Part shown: positions 37,531 to 51,221 of the stretch, in pieces
Numbering within the stretch: position 1 is the first letter of the stretch
Layout of the letters: every line of letters begins with the position of its first letter
From: Bugula neritina
Lineage: Eukaryota; Animalia; Bryozoa
NCBI GenBank assembly: GCA_964035545.1
Contig: OZ037767.1
Span: forward strand, 30,086,628 to 30,150,627
Length of the DNA: 64,000 bases
Reading direction: 5' to 3'
Notes under the pieces: generated by a model
Seen by the model: only the letters and a program-made list of their open reading frames with translations
The model's database searches: none
What the model was told of the DNA's origin: nothing
Position numbers and translations under genes: made by a program

Positions 37531-40343
37531 GAATGGCTCTAAGTATTTTATAGTATTAAAATAATATCTTACAAACATAATGTCTTCGAATTGCTAAGTT
37601 CAAAACAAACACTAGACACTGGCTCATACTATTTTATGGTAACTGTTAAAAGACATGTGCTTATGTTTTTGACATACAGTACGTCATATGCAGACAAAGT
37701 AGTAGGGACAGCTGCAGTTCAATCTTTGTTTTAGTGAATATTTGTAGCATGAGGAGCTGCCTAAAAGAAGTGAAGCCCACGGGCTCAAAAGTCACCAATC
37801 AAATCAAAAACTTTGAAACTAAGCTAGTTTCTCCATCAAATGGGTCTATTTGTGTTTTTCATTTCATTTTTAATAGAAACTGTAAGAATTATTACATGGT
37901 GAAGGAGAGAGTTAAGAATATCTTTTGGCCATAGCATTAACTACAAATAATTCTAACACTGTTTTGGTTATACAACTTTATTTTAGGAATATTGGTCTTA
38001 ATTTTCTATTTTTCAAAAGATCTGTTTTTCAGCCAAGAGTGAGTGAATCAAACCAATGTTTAAATAAATTGAAATGTTAGTAATTAATGTTTTGTGATTC
38101 ATAGAATAATCTAGTATGATAAAACCAATGTGGTGTGCTGCAGTGTGTCTGTGTAGTGTTCTGGGAAAATTTGGTGCCTCGAGAGACGGTTTGGAAAAAA
38201 TTGATTCACTGTTTTACCATTCTGCACCATCGATTGCTGTCAAATGCTAATTTATATACTAATTAATGCAGTGAGATTAACCTCCTAAAAGGTAAATAAG
38301 TCTCCTAATCCAAATATCCGTCAATTTAATAAGATTTGTGATGGCTGAGGATAATTACTTTAATCTTCGGTTTCCTGTGGCTCTTTTGTTGACATTAAGT
38401 TGTGATGACTGTTTGGAGAATAGAATGGTTTCCCAGAAAATATGAAAAGAGTGTGCCAAGGTGTTGATATACACACTTTAATGATTTCACGTGTGATAAT
38501 AATAATCATGGGTCAATTGTGGACACAATTAATAGCGCTGCCAGGGAATAAAATAGTGGTATGAAGGAGACTATCTATTTAACTGTTACATAATCTTGAA
38601 TCTTAAACTGACAAAATCAATGTCTCTATTTATAATAAGTCAAAACAGTCTTTCAAGATTAAAAACTACACAATGTAGCATAGCATTATCAGTGTAAATG
38701 TTTACAAACAAAATTTTGCAGAGTTTGGTGCAGTACTGTGACGTCTTCAAAGAGCTGGCAAATATTAACCATTATAACAATGTTAAACATAATAGTTTGA
38801 AGTGACCTCTACCCAAACTTTGTGAAGAAGCTTCTACACAGCAGCAAACGTTGGCATGGCTACCCCAACAGATGCTTAGTATGGAACTACTTTTACAAAG
38901 TCTTCAATCCTGCACCCAACTGATTTGCTAGGACTGTCAAATCATTATGCATACCATGCAGTGTAAGTCTTCATTGACACGCCAAGTATGTTCACACTTT
39001 CACAGTCTTGTGTAAGTACTGCATGCATCATTTACAATGACTTGTGGACATTCAGAGATTCTTTGAAAGTACTAAGAAACCAAGCTCGTTACTGGAGCTC
39101 CAGTAATTAATTAGATGATTAACATTGTTCCTGTTTACGTTGTTGTAATGACACCACTGCAGCGTTACATGCAGACAACAGGAAATAAATTGGTCGTGAC
39201 TGGATGCTTGCTCGCAATGTGAAGTGTGTCGGTGCTCGTGATACCAAAACCCAGTTCATTTGAGTACACTACATTGACTCATTTCACTTTCACTATCGTC
39301 CAACATGTCAGCTACCCATTATTCACACTCACGCCTAGCTAGCCAACCCAACACTATGAAGGTTAGTACAACTTGCCTTACAAACTGAACCAAGTAGATT
39401 AGAAGTTAAAAACATCGAGAATATTTGTTGACCAACCGAGTCTTTGGTAGAAATGAAACTTGTAATATAGTTTAATAGATTTCATAAAACAAAGGAAAAG
39501 TTTAACCTTTAACCTTGCTTCTTATAACACACACTAAATGGTTCTATTTTGTAAATGTTTAAAATGTGGTAGAGGGCTGTAGTAAGTCCCACTTTTAACT
39601 GAAATATCTGACAAGAAGTGTTAAGATAATCCAGGTAGCAGTCTGGTATTATTATATAGACTAAATAGTAAAGCATCATTTCATAATCTTCGAATCCTTC
39701 CATTACCACATCCTGTCTTGAATCTCTGCAGATAATTGATTCGCAAGTATTTTTTGTTTATTTGATTACCAAATCAAGGATAACCCGAGATTATCTCTCA
39801 ACTCAATATTTTATATTTTTTTACAAATTATAAGACAGCTGCAAACCTCTTGCACTAATTAGACTTGTGATGATGGGAGCATAAAGATGACAAGTGCAAT
39901 TAATATTTAAAGATAACAGTTTAGGTAACCTTGTTGTGTGGTCATGTTTATTATGGTGGGGCCACCTTGTTGAGGAAACTTCATAAAATGTATTTCATGC
40001 TCATTATATAATAATCTGTCATCTTCAATGCTCAGCTACCACATTATGCTGCTGTATTAAAGTACAGTAATAATACACACAAAGTTGAAGTTGCTAATAG
40101 CATTTATTGAACTCACAAATATAACCATCAGTCCTGTCTAAAAGCATTTGACAAGTTACAAGGTTGGTGGCTGCAACACCAAACAAAAACTACACACTCC
40201 TTGACCCAACATGTGATTGACAGCAAATTAATAACAACTTTGGTGAATGATAGTGGTAATGATCATTAACATATATTCATAATGTACATCAGCATATGAA
40301 ACCAAAAAACAAGTGTGAGAGACGAGCGCCTGGCAAGTGCCTG

Positions 40344-43300
40344 TTAGCGTGGTGTCTGTTGACTGGGCAGCATAGGCATGGGCACATCGGCAGTCATGTT
40401 CTGACCTGTCATGCCAGCGTTAGGTCCCAGCAGAATCTACAGAGAAGAGAGTAAAGGTGGATAATGGTGAGTAAAGGTGAGTAAAGGTGGGTAAAAGTAA
40501 GTAGATGTATGTAATGTATTATCATGATGTGTCAGCAAACAGCACGTAGTACAGATAACATGAAATTCGGAACCTTGTTTGGTAAATACTTCAATTGAAG
40601 CACTAGACTCTATAGCGCATATTCCTATTACTAATTTTTCAGTGAAGTTTCAGACTCTCTCCAAATGCACCAATACATGCAGTAAATAAATAAATACATG
40701 AAGCTGAATGCTATTATTCATTCTAGGCTGAAGCATACAAACTGCTAACATATTTGGAAGTAAAGCATGTCAGTGAAGATAGGAGTTGTCTTATTTTTCA
40801 TAATTTAAATCCAATAAAGCTTTGTAAGTTAAATACAGAAAAGAATAATAGAGGAATGAGCACACTCTGTGTGGATCAGGAGTAAAGAGTATTGAAAGCC
40901 CTAGCAGATGGATACCCAGCAAACATTTCTGTGTTCAACTTTTCAATATAATTTATATTCAATTGACATTAAAATTATTTTCATACAAAATTAGAGCTGA
41001 AACTTTAAAACAGACAAATGGCCAGTTGATAAAACTATCATACCAAATGCAGCACAATTGTAAATCTCATTGATATGATATGTTTGCTAATGTAATCACT
41101 GTCAAAAATGATAAATCTATAAACTTACTGATTTTTCCTGAGCTTTTTGAGCATCAACCATTTCCTGTCGAGTTGCCTCGAGATTGTACGGCATCAGGCC
41201 AATAATTGCAGAAGAGAATACAATCCACAACAGAGTACGAGAAGTACCAACGAGAGATTTCACACCTTTGCAAACAAAAAAAGTTATATTGAAAAACTAA
41301 CAAAACAGCTCATTGTTGTAAAATGCACAGTTAATGGGAAGCTGCTAAAATTCTGAGTTGAAACTTCGGATTTGTCCCCTCTATGAAATGCTAAACAGTG
41401 AGATCACCATTCCTGCACTAATATCTACAAGCGTGAGTGACAGCAGTTTCACAATATTGTTATGCTAAAATAGTAACTCAATTGAAACGGTAATGAGCAT
41501 AAAGTCTATAACTGCTACAAAGTGTGTGATACCGCTCCTTCTAGTCTGTGATGTTGCAGAGTAGAGTAGTATAGTATTCTCACAAAGGTAGAACTAACTC
41601 ACAGAAATAAAGCTTGAAAATAAAAAATAATGATCACATATATTAAACGTATATATATTTATATAACAGGTCTATTTGTCAAGTCATGCTCAAGTAATAG
41701 AGCAGGCAGGAAACCTCACCTTGCTGGCTTAAAGAGAATGCACCACAAACACCATTCCTAAGCTTTTCTGGAAACATCTCCGATAAGCCGACGAAGCGTT
41801 CATAATATGTTTCTTCTAACAACTGAAAGTGTAGTAGAAAGTAACTTAGCAATGGTACCAATTAATTCTATGAGTTTTTTTATGAGTTCAAATAAAAACA
41901 AGCAAAGGGAAACAACAAAATTGTTGAAATGATATATTGCACCCATGAACATGCTCACTATTGTACACTAGGAAAATATAAACTACAATAAAATGCCTTG
42001 AACAAAAAAGATTGACAAAAGAAATGGCTAATAAATAATTGTAGACAGCTCTAACAGTGATATAAAAAGTTGGAGATATAAAATAGACGAATTCTTGCTT
42101 CAAAACTAGAGATTGATAGCTGACTCCAATACTGGTTTTTTTCGTATTAATTACAAATATTTATAAAATTAAATATATTAATATTACACTCAGTAGTTAT
42201 GATACTTATAGTAGGTATAGTGATATTATGTAATTTATTAACTTTTCGTTATGCTACATCTACTTTGGATTTAGGTAAAATCAATCCTTAGAAGTTGTAG
42301 TAATAGTGATATTGACAGAGCTTAATGCACCATGATGATGATGATTATAGTTGTATTTATTATATATTGATATCAAAGTATTGTTGTAATTTTGCGGGTT
42401 TAATGAAATAGACAAGTAGTCTGCATGCCAATACTTGTAATTGTTAAATAAAAGTCTTTGTAAAATGTTGATTCTAATAGTCTTTATTGATGTGTCCTCT
42501 GCGAGCTCCAGTGTTAGACTGATTTGATACAAAAATGCTCGCCCTTATATACTGCCAGAAAAGTGCCTGCCACGTGGAGGTCCGAAATCGGCCGAATTCG
42601 GAGTTCCGCCGTCCGAAATCGGAAGGGTTCTGTCCGAAAATCGGACAGACCCCATCCGAAATCGTACCTTGGTTCCGAATTCGGCTTGCATACTTATTTA
42701 TTTAACATATAAAGAAAAAGTGGCGGGAAACATAACTCCAAAAACTATTACAGTAACTTAAAAACAAACAATAAAAATAGGAAGGCAATTCACAATTATT
42801 ACGCTATTCACTACGCTAAGAGCTTAGCTATAATTACAATATTTGAGGCATTAGAAAGCTACGCAAGGAGCTTAGCTATAATTACAACATTTAACAGTAT
42901 TTACAAAGTTACGCCAAGTCCATTATAATAGTGACGCGACATAATTACTAGAGCGTTAAAATCCATTACAGTATTCTTATACCATAGTTTATAAATATAA
43001 TATTAATAACGATAATTTAAATTTTATTTATACTTGAAGCTACTCACAAAATGAACAACTGGGTAAATATTCAATTTAATAATATTATTATTAATGTAAT
43101 TGTTATAATTACTACTTCAGTACTTGAAGTTGAACTGTACTTGAGTACTTATATTTGAATAATCGATAACTAAACTATAATATTAATTAATACTTATAAT
43201 TATACTTATACTAATACTATGAGACGGAGTACATATTCAACTATTAGTCTTGGACTAACTCCAAACATAATAAGATTACGTCCAACTTTAAGTATTGGTA

Positions 43301-43358
43301 TTAGTATTACCGAATCATCTTCTTCAATTTCCAATAGCTTTGAACTTGTCCCCGACAT
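40344..43358 (-). CDS. TOMM22: Mitochondrial import receptor subunit TOM22
   Basis: Exons 43358-43311, 41822-41720, 41265-41128, 40436-40344 give MSGTSSKLLEIEEDDSLLEETYYERFVGLSEMFPEKLR...SRTLLWIVFSSAIIGLMPYNLEATRQ...ILLGPNAGM...*. The ETxxERxxGLxEMFPE, W...P TM and ILLGP signatures match metazoan TOM22. Confidence 0.92.
42442..42707 (-). mobile_element. Solo-LTR-like element (266 bp) in TOMM22 intron
   Basis: TG...CA ends with perfect 11-bp terminal inverted repeat TGTTAAATAAA. On minus: TCCGAAATCGG-type repeated motifs, then TATATAA (~42545-42551), TCAGT ~30 nt later, AATAAA (42483-42488), end TTTAACA. TSD not matched (TAAT vs TATA). Confidence 0.65.
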
Positions 43359-44484
43359 TCTGATTCTGAGAGTAAGTTGATTATGAACTTGAAGATATTG
43401 AAAATTTTGTGTGGTAGTGTTCTATCGCTTTGAAGTTAACTTTACAAGTCAAAAGATAAAGATTAAATATTTAATAATGAAAATAGATTTTAATACTGAT
43501 ACTCAACATTTACACAATTTGAATTTGGGAGTGAGTCTGGTGACGGTGGGACCGTAATTAGATTTTATATAATTGCCAAATGAAACTGAAAGTTGTATAA
43601 CTAATACTATAGTTATTATTTCAATTTCATTTGACTTTACTATCACTGTACTTAAAGTTATAGTGCTTTTTTCATTGATTTTCACTTTCGGCTGGACCAC
43701 TACCAGTCAATTGTAATTTCAGCAGTCGCGTGAAACTTCAAGCTGGAAAAACTTGATATGATTGGCTAATCACAAGATACAGTCAATTTGGTTAGTCAAT
43801 TTATTTCGTAATTTATCCTATTATATCTTGCAACTAAAATAGTTGAAGGTTTTAACTTAAGCTGCTAAAAGCAATTTCTGACGAAGCATAACCAAACTAA
43901 GAGAGTTGTCTTTTCAAATGCAATCATTGAATTTCAGTTGACAACTCTCAAATGCATTGTTATCTATAATGGAGAAAATAAAATATTATAATAATATAAA
44001 TGATAACCCATACAACAGTAGAAATAGGAAGCTTTGTCCACTAAAATATAGAGAGTGCAAATTTAAATTGATTCCCTACCATGCTAGAGTTCTACAGCAA
44101 AGTGGAGGTATAGATAGAATTGACAGAAGTCACAGAACACAACCTCAAGACCAAATATATAGCAATGACCCCATCTAGCAGCTTAAAGCAGCATCAATGA
44201 ACATATGCCAAACATGTTTGGGGCCTGAAAAAGTTTATTGTCACTTTCTACTAGTACATGTGAGAGAACTTCTATAAATATATAAATAGAGCTCATCTGT
44301 AAAATCGCACAACAGGCATGAGTTTACGCTTATACCCCGTAGACACACTTTGTCTTAACGTGTTTAGAGGGAAAAGCTAGGCTGTGTAAAATCCTTCATT
44401 TTAGTTGTGCAAAATGTTATCGAAAATTACATGGAATAATTGGTAACAAAATAATGTTTTATCAACTGCAATTGGACATATCAA

Positions 44485-44503
44485 GTGTGCGTGCGTGCGT
44501 GCT

Positions 44504-44538
<35 letters not shown>
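44485..44538. repeat. (GT)n/(GCGT)n microsatellite
   Basis: Direct inspection. Confidence 0.9.
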
Positions 44539-46964
44539 AAATGCTGTGTTTTATTATTGTGTAAGGGTTATTGTATTTTATGACATATTGTGCAATTGTA
44601 ATGAGTGCATAATTACCTCATAGTATTGCACTGACTTTGAGTATAAATTACAGCTATTTCGATCATGTGATAGATATTTGCATACTTTTACTTAGTATAT
44701 TGATTCCTTGAAGGCAGATGTAATAAAGTTGTATATCTAGATACTACAAGTGCTATGTAAATACACACATTTAATGCATGGACAAGGGGTGTGTAAATGC
44801 TACAGTGCTCAAACTTCAAGAGTACTATTATTATTACTGCAATAAGCTAATGCTATACTAAGCTATAGGTAAATGTGTAATAGCCTTATGTGAATGCTCC
44901 CTTGCGTACAAAAGGCTGCAACTTGTTTTAACACAAGGCATTGTTCACTTTCCTCTTTCATTATTGTACAATTTTGCTAGTGCTGTGAATTTGTATGCCG
45001 ATTGAGTTAAGGGCTCCATATTTATTATGTTTGATCTGGTGTCTGGGTTAGGAATGCAGCTAGTTTAGCGCTTGCTGAAGTCGGAAATCCCTATGCTAGC
45101 TGCAATTTTCTGCTAGAATTCATACTTCACCTTAAAATACTTTTGCACACACTATGCCCAATATTAGAATTACATGCAGGCATTAAGATTAAATATAACA
45201 TTATGTTGTTTTTGCAGATCTTGCAAGCTAAAGCTGATATATGGAAGATAGTCAACCTGGTTGGTAACTGAACAGATACTGGGCTGCATCCGATGCATAC
45301 ACATGTTCAGGTAGAATTTAGAGCATATAAAGGTTATATTTTGCTTTCAAAGACTGTTTTCCTTATTTTAGTGTATTGTATGTATTCACATTAGAAACAT
45401 AATGTTGCTTCTACACTTACAAATGCAGGTATTAGTAGAGTTGGTTATATAGTTAATATCCAGTGTAGCATTGGCACAATGCCCTTAGTTATATGTTAGT
45501 TAATTCTATGCATGCCAAGTAGACCTAGCCGTGAATAGTAATTGTTTAATAATTAGCTTTTATATGATAGTCATGTTGGTGTTAATGTTTACTGATAAAT
45601 TTACACCAGACTGTCACAAGGCACTGCCAAGGTCTTTAGGTGAAGGAAGTCAAAATTTAACGGAAGCTCGAAGTTGGTAATCTGCCAACAAATTAGGGAG
45701 TTTCCCCATTGGAATAAGATTTCCCCAGCTTATATCCCGCAAACAACTAGTAAAAACCACCAATGAGGAATTTAAAGTTGTTTGTCAACATATTTCTTAT
45801 ACCAGGCAGCTTCCTTATTCTGATGTAAAAACAACACATATAAAAAGCATACTTTTAAATTTGCATAGTCGAATGAAGATTCCTTAATTGTCCCACTTTA
45901 ATATTGCTGAGCCTAGGATATGGTTTAGAGATGATGTGTAGTCATTTACTACGCCATGACAATTTGTAATGTAATTAACAAAATACATGATGTAGGCCTA
46001 TATATAATATATTAATATAAAATTATATTATATATAACTGAATTTGTTCATTAGAACTGTGAAATTTTGAGGTTTGTAGTTTTCCCACAAGCTTTAATCT
46101 TATGCCAACCTACATGTTGCCTAAATTTTCTCATTATAATTTTTGGTTTTGCCCACTTGATGAGTTTTTATGCTAATAATAAGAATTCAACAGTAAGAAA
46201 TTCAACCAACAATAAGAACAGATTAGGATCTGTCTTGGATACATAATATGACTATTTGCAAGTGACATGGCTCTTAGGATGGTCAGGTTTAGATTTCGCA
46301 AGATTAGCAATCCAAAGCCAAAAGACACATTGGAGGAGACATGCTAGGTCATAATATGCACCAGTACTTGTTAGATGTCAGAAATTAATTAGCGTTACAA
46401 AATAGAAGGCAGAGTATGGTTTAAATGAAACATCACCTGTTTCAATTGTATTGGAATTGCATTTTTTAGAACATGCACAATTTCTAACAAAAGACTATTT
46501 ACACACCCATTGCATTATCATACATAGAACTAGTATTCAAATAGATAACATCAGTAACTAAAATCAACACTCAAAGATGAATTCAGTTTGTAATCTTCAA
46601 CTGCTTTAAAGAAGATGTTTTTAATGAAAACAAGGAGTTATGGAAACAAGACCACATACTGATATTATGATTGTAAAATTAGAATAAAATAATCTAAAAT
46701 CTAGGCATAATTGAATATACCAACTGCAAACACAATAAAACAATCCTCATCTTGTTCATCAAACATTACATGTTGTAAAACAGTAGTGCATAGTTGACAA
46801 AATATAATATAAAATAATATAAAAAAACCCGAATAAAACTAAAAAAGTAGCATAAAATAATTCGAAACCGAGTATTAGTAAAAATATAGTTTCAATATTA
46901 TAGAACAAAGGCTGTAGTCAAATCATAACATGCAAGTGTGCCAGCTGTAGCCCTGGGTCTACTG

Positions 46965-49900
46965 TCAAGAGGGCAGAACTGGTGGAAGGAGATAGAACTT
47001 CTTCCTTAAACTTGATTGAAAACAAGGCATTTGTTTTACTATCACTTTCTTTCGAGGCTACAAACAACAACAAATCACTGCACTGAGTTTTATTTCCAAT
47101 CAATATTGCTAGTACCACACGTGGACGTTTGTAGCACACACATATGGGTACTACAAACTAGAATAAAACACTGGCAACCTGTACTCCATAGAAAATGTAT
47201 ATTATACATATAAAATATATATTATTAGCCAGAAGCAAAGGTTAGTTGACTTTAGTCAATCTGATGATGAATGTAGATAAAAGGATACCACTTTTTCCAG
47301 CACCTAAGGCTACTAATATTACACCTCAGGCTACTAATATTACACCTAACGCTATTAGGATGCTACTTAGAAGTGAAAGATCCCTATAGGTTAGCAAACA
47401 CCAAGTCTAAGTCCACCATCAACACAGAAACACACAAACTGCAGTCAGTGTCACAACTCACCTCTCCATCTGGAGTTGCTCTCCCTTTCTTCATAGCGAC
47501 TGTCAGTTGCACCTGAGTGAGGAGATCGAGCAGGTGGGCGCTGTAGTACTTGTTGCTGTGAGCCTCCTTCAACTCTGTCAACAGCTTCTGTATAAACCAT
47601 GAGCCTTCCCCGTTCTTCACTCTGTATGACTTGTAGCCTGTACGAGGTGTTCAAGTAGTATAATATACTTGTGATGTGTTCAAGTAGTATATACATGTGA
47701 GGTGTTCAAGTAGTATATACATATGATGTGTTCAAGTAGTACATACAAGTGATGTGTTCAAGTAGTATATACAAGTGATGTGTTCAAGTAGTATATACAA
47801 GTGATGTGTTCAAGTAGTATATACATGTGATGTGTCCAAGTAGTATATACATATGATGTGTTCAAGTAGTATATACATACGAGGTATTCAAGTAGTATAT
47901 ACATATGATGTGTTCAAGTAGTATATATATATGATGTGTTCAAGTAGTATATACATGTGATGTGTTCAAGTAGTATATACATATGATGTGTTCAAGTAGT
48001 ATATACATGTGATGTGTTCAAGTAGTATATACATATGATGTGTTCAAGTAGTATATACATACGAGGTATTCAAGTAGTATATACATATGATGTGTTCAAG
48101 TAGTATATATATATATGATGTGTTCAAGTAGTATACATATGATGTGTTCAAGTAGTATATACAGGAAGTAGGAAGAAGCTCACACCTTACCTTTAACAGA
48201 GGCGAATGCTGTGAGCATATCGGCAGCATCAGGCAGCCCGGTGTCTATGGGGCTACCATCACTGTCAACCTCGCTGTCTTCATCATTGGGCAAACAGTTT
48301 CCGGCAGTAGGAGATAGGGCATCAGCCGCTACTTCATCTACACTGTTGTCAATACGGCCTTGACACGCCTGAATGATGAATACTTTTGGACGACCTAAAA
48401 TAATAACGCTGGTTTAGAGACAACTGTGGCTTGTATTAAGACAAGGGCACATGTTACATGCATTATACATAATACTGACGTTATACGTACAACATGTATA
48501 GTATATAATATGAGCATAAATAAGTATCACCTGGCAGGCAGTTACTGAACTTCTTAGCGATTTCATCGTATGGAATAACATCTGGCTGGTCACAGTTTGC
48601 TTTGCAGTATGCGTGGACTCCATTTTCATCTCCATGAGACAAGACAAAGAGGAAAAAGCTGCTGTAATTCTCGGGATGTGTCGTTAATTTGGTAACCAAA
48701 GAGTTCAAATAACTGTTGAATTCACCAATGTTTAGGTTTTCTCTGGGATCTTCCACGGTGTAATGAGCAGCAAAATCTGGTCTTCTAAATAAATGCACAA
48801 TTCCTTTTTGATCTTCTTTGGTGCCTATAAAACAACACCACAGATATCAGACATGGTGATAAGACCAAGTGTTGGGGAATGTAGAGGTGGTTAGATCTGG
48901 TCTTACGCTAGGTTGGAGTGGAAACATAAGTAAGCAAAAGTCAGCACGATAAGCTTTTAACAACTTATCAGCCGCGGGATGACAGAGGCAGCATTTCACC
49001 AAAACAACCAGACATTGATTGCATGTGCAGCCAACCCTCACCTAGTCTGTAGCGAGGGTCCTCTTCATCAGTGAAGTTGTTGATGACGGCTACTAAGCCC
49101 TTTAGGTTTTCTTCAAACAAGTAATAGTCCTTTCCATAATGTTGTCTGCTTGGATTGGTGTCGGGGAAGACTGACTCGGCGCTGTCAGCGCGACCTTGAC
49201 TCGACATCCTCCGTCTCTTGTGGTCAGGTGAATAAAACTCTACATAGAACACAGCTACATAATTAAACTCACTGAAACTAGTAGAACAAAGGCTATATCT
49301 AATAAACTCAATCTACTAAAATGTATGATCATACAGGTGCACTGTTTACAGAAAATACCAGATTCAAAGAATAACACAGCAACTAGCATATTGCTGAGAG
49401 CGTATAATAAAAAACAGTAAAAATAATTAAAGAAAAAATAAAAAGTTAAAACACATTCAACATGTATTATATTAGAAATCGGACAGTAAAAATAGAAAAT
49501 TGGTTTATGAAGGCCCATTGTACAGTTGCAGTCATGTATAAGAGAGATAGTCATGTATAAGAGACAGTTATGTATAAGAGACAGTCATGTATAAGAGACA
49601 GTTTTGTATAAGAGAGAGTTATGTATAAGAGACAGTGATGTATAAGAGAGAGTTATGTATAAGAGACAGTTATGTATAAGAGACAGTGATGTATAAGAGA
49701 CAGTGATGTATAAGAGACAGTCATGTATAACAGACAGTCATGTATAAGAGACAGTCGTGTATAAGAGAGATAGTCATGTATAAGAGAGAGTTATGTATAA
49801 GAGACAGTGATGTATAAGAGACAGTTATGTATAAGAGACAGTCATGTATAAGAGACAGTCATGTATAACAGACAGTCATGTATAAGAGACAGTCGTGTAT

Positions 49901-51221
49901 AAGAGAGATAGTCATGTATAAGAGACAGTTATGTATAAGAGACAGTCATGTATAAGAGACAGTTATGTATAAGAGAGACACATAGCACTACAATAGAGCA
50001 CATAACTACCAAGCAATACACACCAGATGGAGTTGGAGATTTGAGACCGTATCCAGAGTGACCATGGGTCGACTGAACTGGGAGATTGTCTGGACGTACA
50101 AACTGTGAAGCTGAAAACGTGAGACAACTTGTTTATATTGACTGTTGAGTACATTGATTATTTGATTATATTGATTATTTGGTTATATAGTTTGTTTCAA
50201 AGTAAAACTGTAAAACCACAATTTCATTGTATAGCAAGGCACATGGGAGCAAAAAATCTGTAACAGATACTTAAAAAAATGCCATATAAAGGTTTCGTAT
50301 GAATGTAAATAATAAACAACTTTAGCAGCAAACCAAAGGCAAGAGGTTCTTGTATATACTTTACTGACTTGTGCACTTGGTGAACTCTAAATCATCTCTA
50401 CTTATAGCCTTATCACATTACACCATATTGTATAGTACAGAGTAAACAAGTCTCAAGTTTATTGTGTAATATTATTTATAGCTTTCTTGGCTGCGTGACA
50501 AGACTCTATGAGTGACAAGGACAAAGGGCTGTTTCACTGTAGAATGAATAACCTTGATTGTTGTGCTGAGCCTCATGCTGGTCTATTATTTCCTGAATAT
50601 GGCTGGATACATCAGTCAGGTCAGCCTCTGTCAGAAGTTCCAGCAGAAATCCGTAGTCGGTGACGGTGATGTCTCCCTTTCGCATCATCTCGTCAAATAG
50701 CCTTAGAGGTTTATTGTTGATATCTTGAATGACCCTCCTGCCATATCCTAGATTGTGATAGCACACAGTGACATCAACTTGGGTAAACAAAGCTAGTCAC
50801 TAGGGGTACAGTGAAGGTTCAGTCCACTGAACTCACATAATTCCCTTTATTTTCTGATAAGATGCGCCTCAGATTTATATATGTTCAATAATTGACTAAT
50901 CGCTGCTGCTGTGGATAAGGCTGATGAATAATTTACTTACAGTTTAAATTCACACTTTTAGGCCTACCTAATAATGCAAAGGCTGCTATTTCCTAGAAAG
51001 TACTACAGTATTACCACTAAACAGGGACAGCTGAACACCGAGAAGAGAAATCAAACTGATACAGGTCTTGGGAGAAGAGATGATCCAGTTGTCAACTTAC
51101 CACGCTCTCTCATAGTTTGCAGGTTACGACAAATGACTTCTACAAGGTCAGAGGTGAGATCTGCACTAAGACACTTTTGTATTTTAGCAGCTAAAGTTGA
51201 CGGACCTCTGTTGACAGCCAT
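46965..51221 (-). CDS. Initiator-type caspase (caspase-8/10-like, QACQG) with one N-terminal DED-like domain
   Basis: Exons ~51221-51101, 50747-50553, 50110-50023, 49241-49041, 48823-48531, 48394-48191, 47637-47462, 47057-46965 (TGA). Motifs KGLVAVINN, YRLGTKED, FVLSHG, RPKVFIIQACQG, DMLTAFAS, SYRVKNGEGSWFIQ, KQMPCFQSSLRKKFYL. Confidence 0.9.
47638..48161. repeat. 26-bp minisatellite (~20 copies) starting at a caspase splice acceptor
   Basis: Unit ATGATGTGTTCAAGTAGTATATACAT. The first unit contains the acceptor (minus TACTTGAACACCTCGTACAG|GC). Fills nearly the whole intron. Confidence 0.96.
49530..49980. repeat. 18-bp minisatellite (~24 copies), T(C/T/G)ATGTATAAGAGACAG
   Basis: Direct inspection; caspase intron, ~40 bp from a donor. 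Confidence 0.96.

Noticed and set aside
45696-45708. NF-kB-like site GGGAGTTTCC
   Set aside because: Single 10-mer far from any supported promoter; expected by chance.
46918-47190. ORF 46918..47139 or RLPVFYSSL segment as the caspase last exon
   Set aside because: A different frame from the acceptor at 47057 gives the canonical KQMPCFQSSLRKKFYL terminus.
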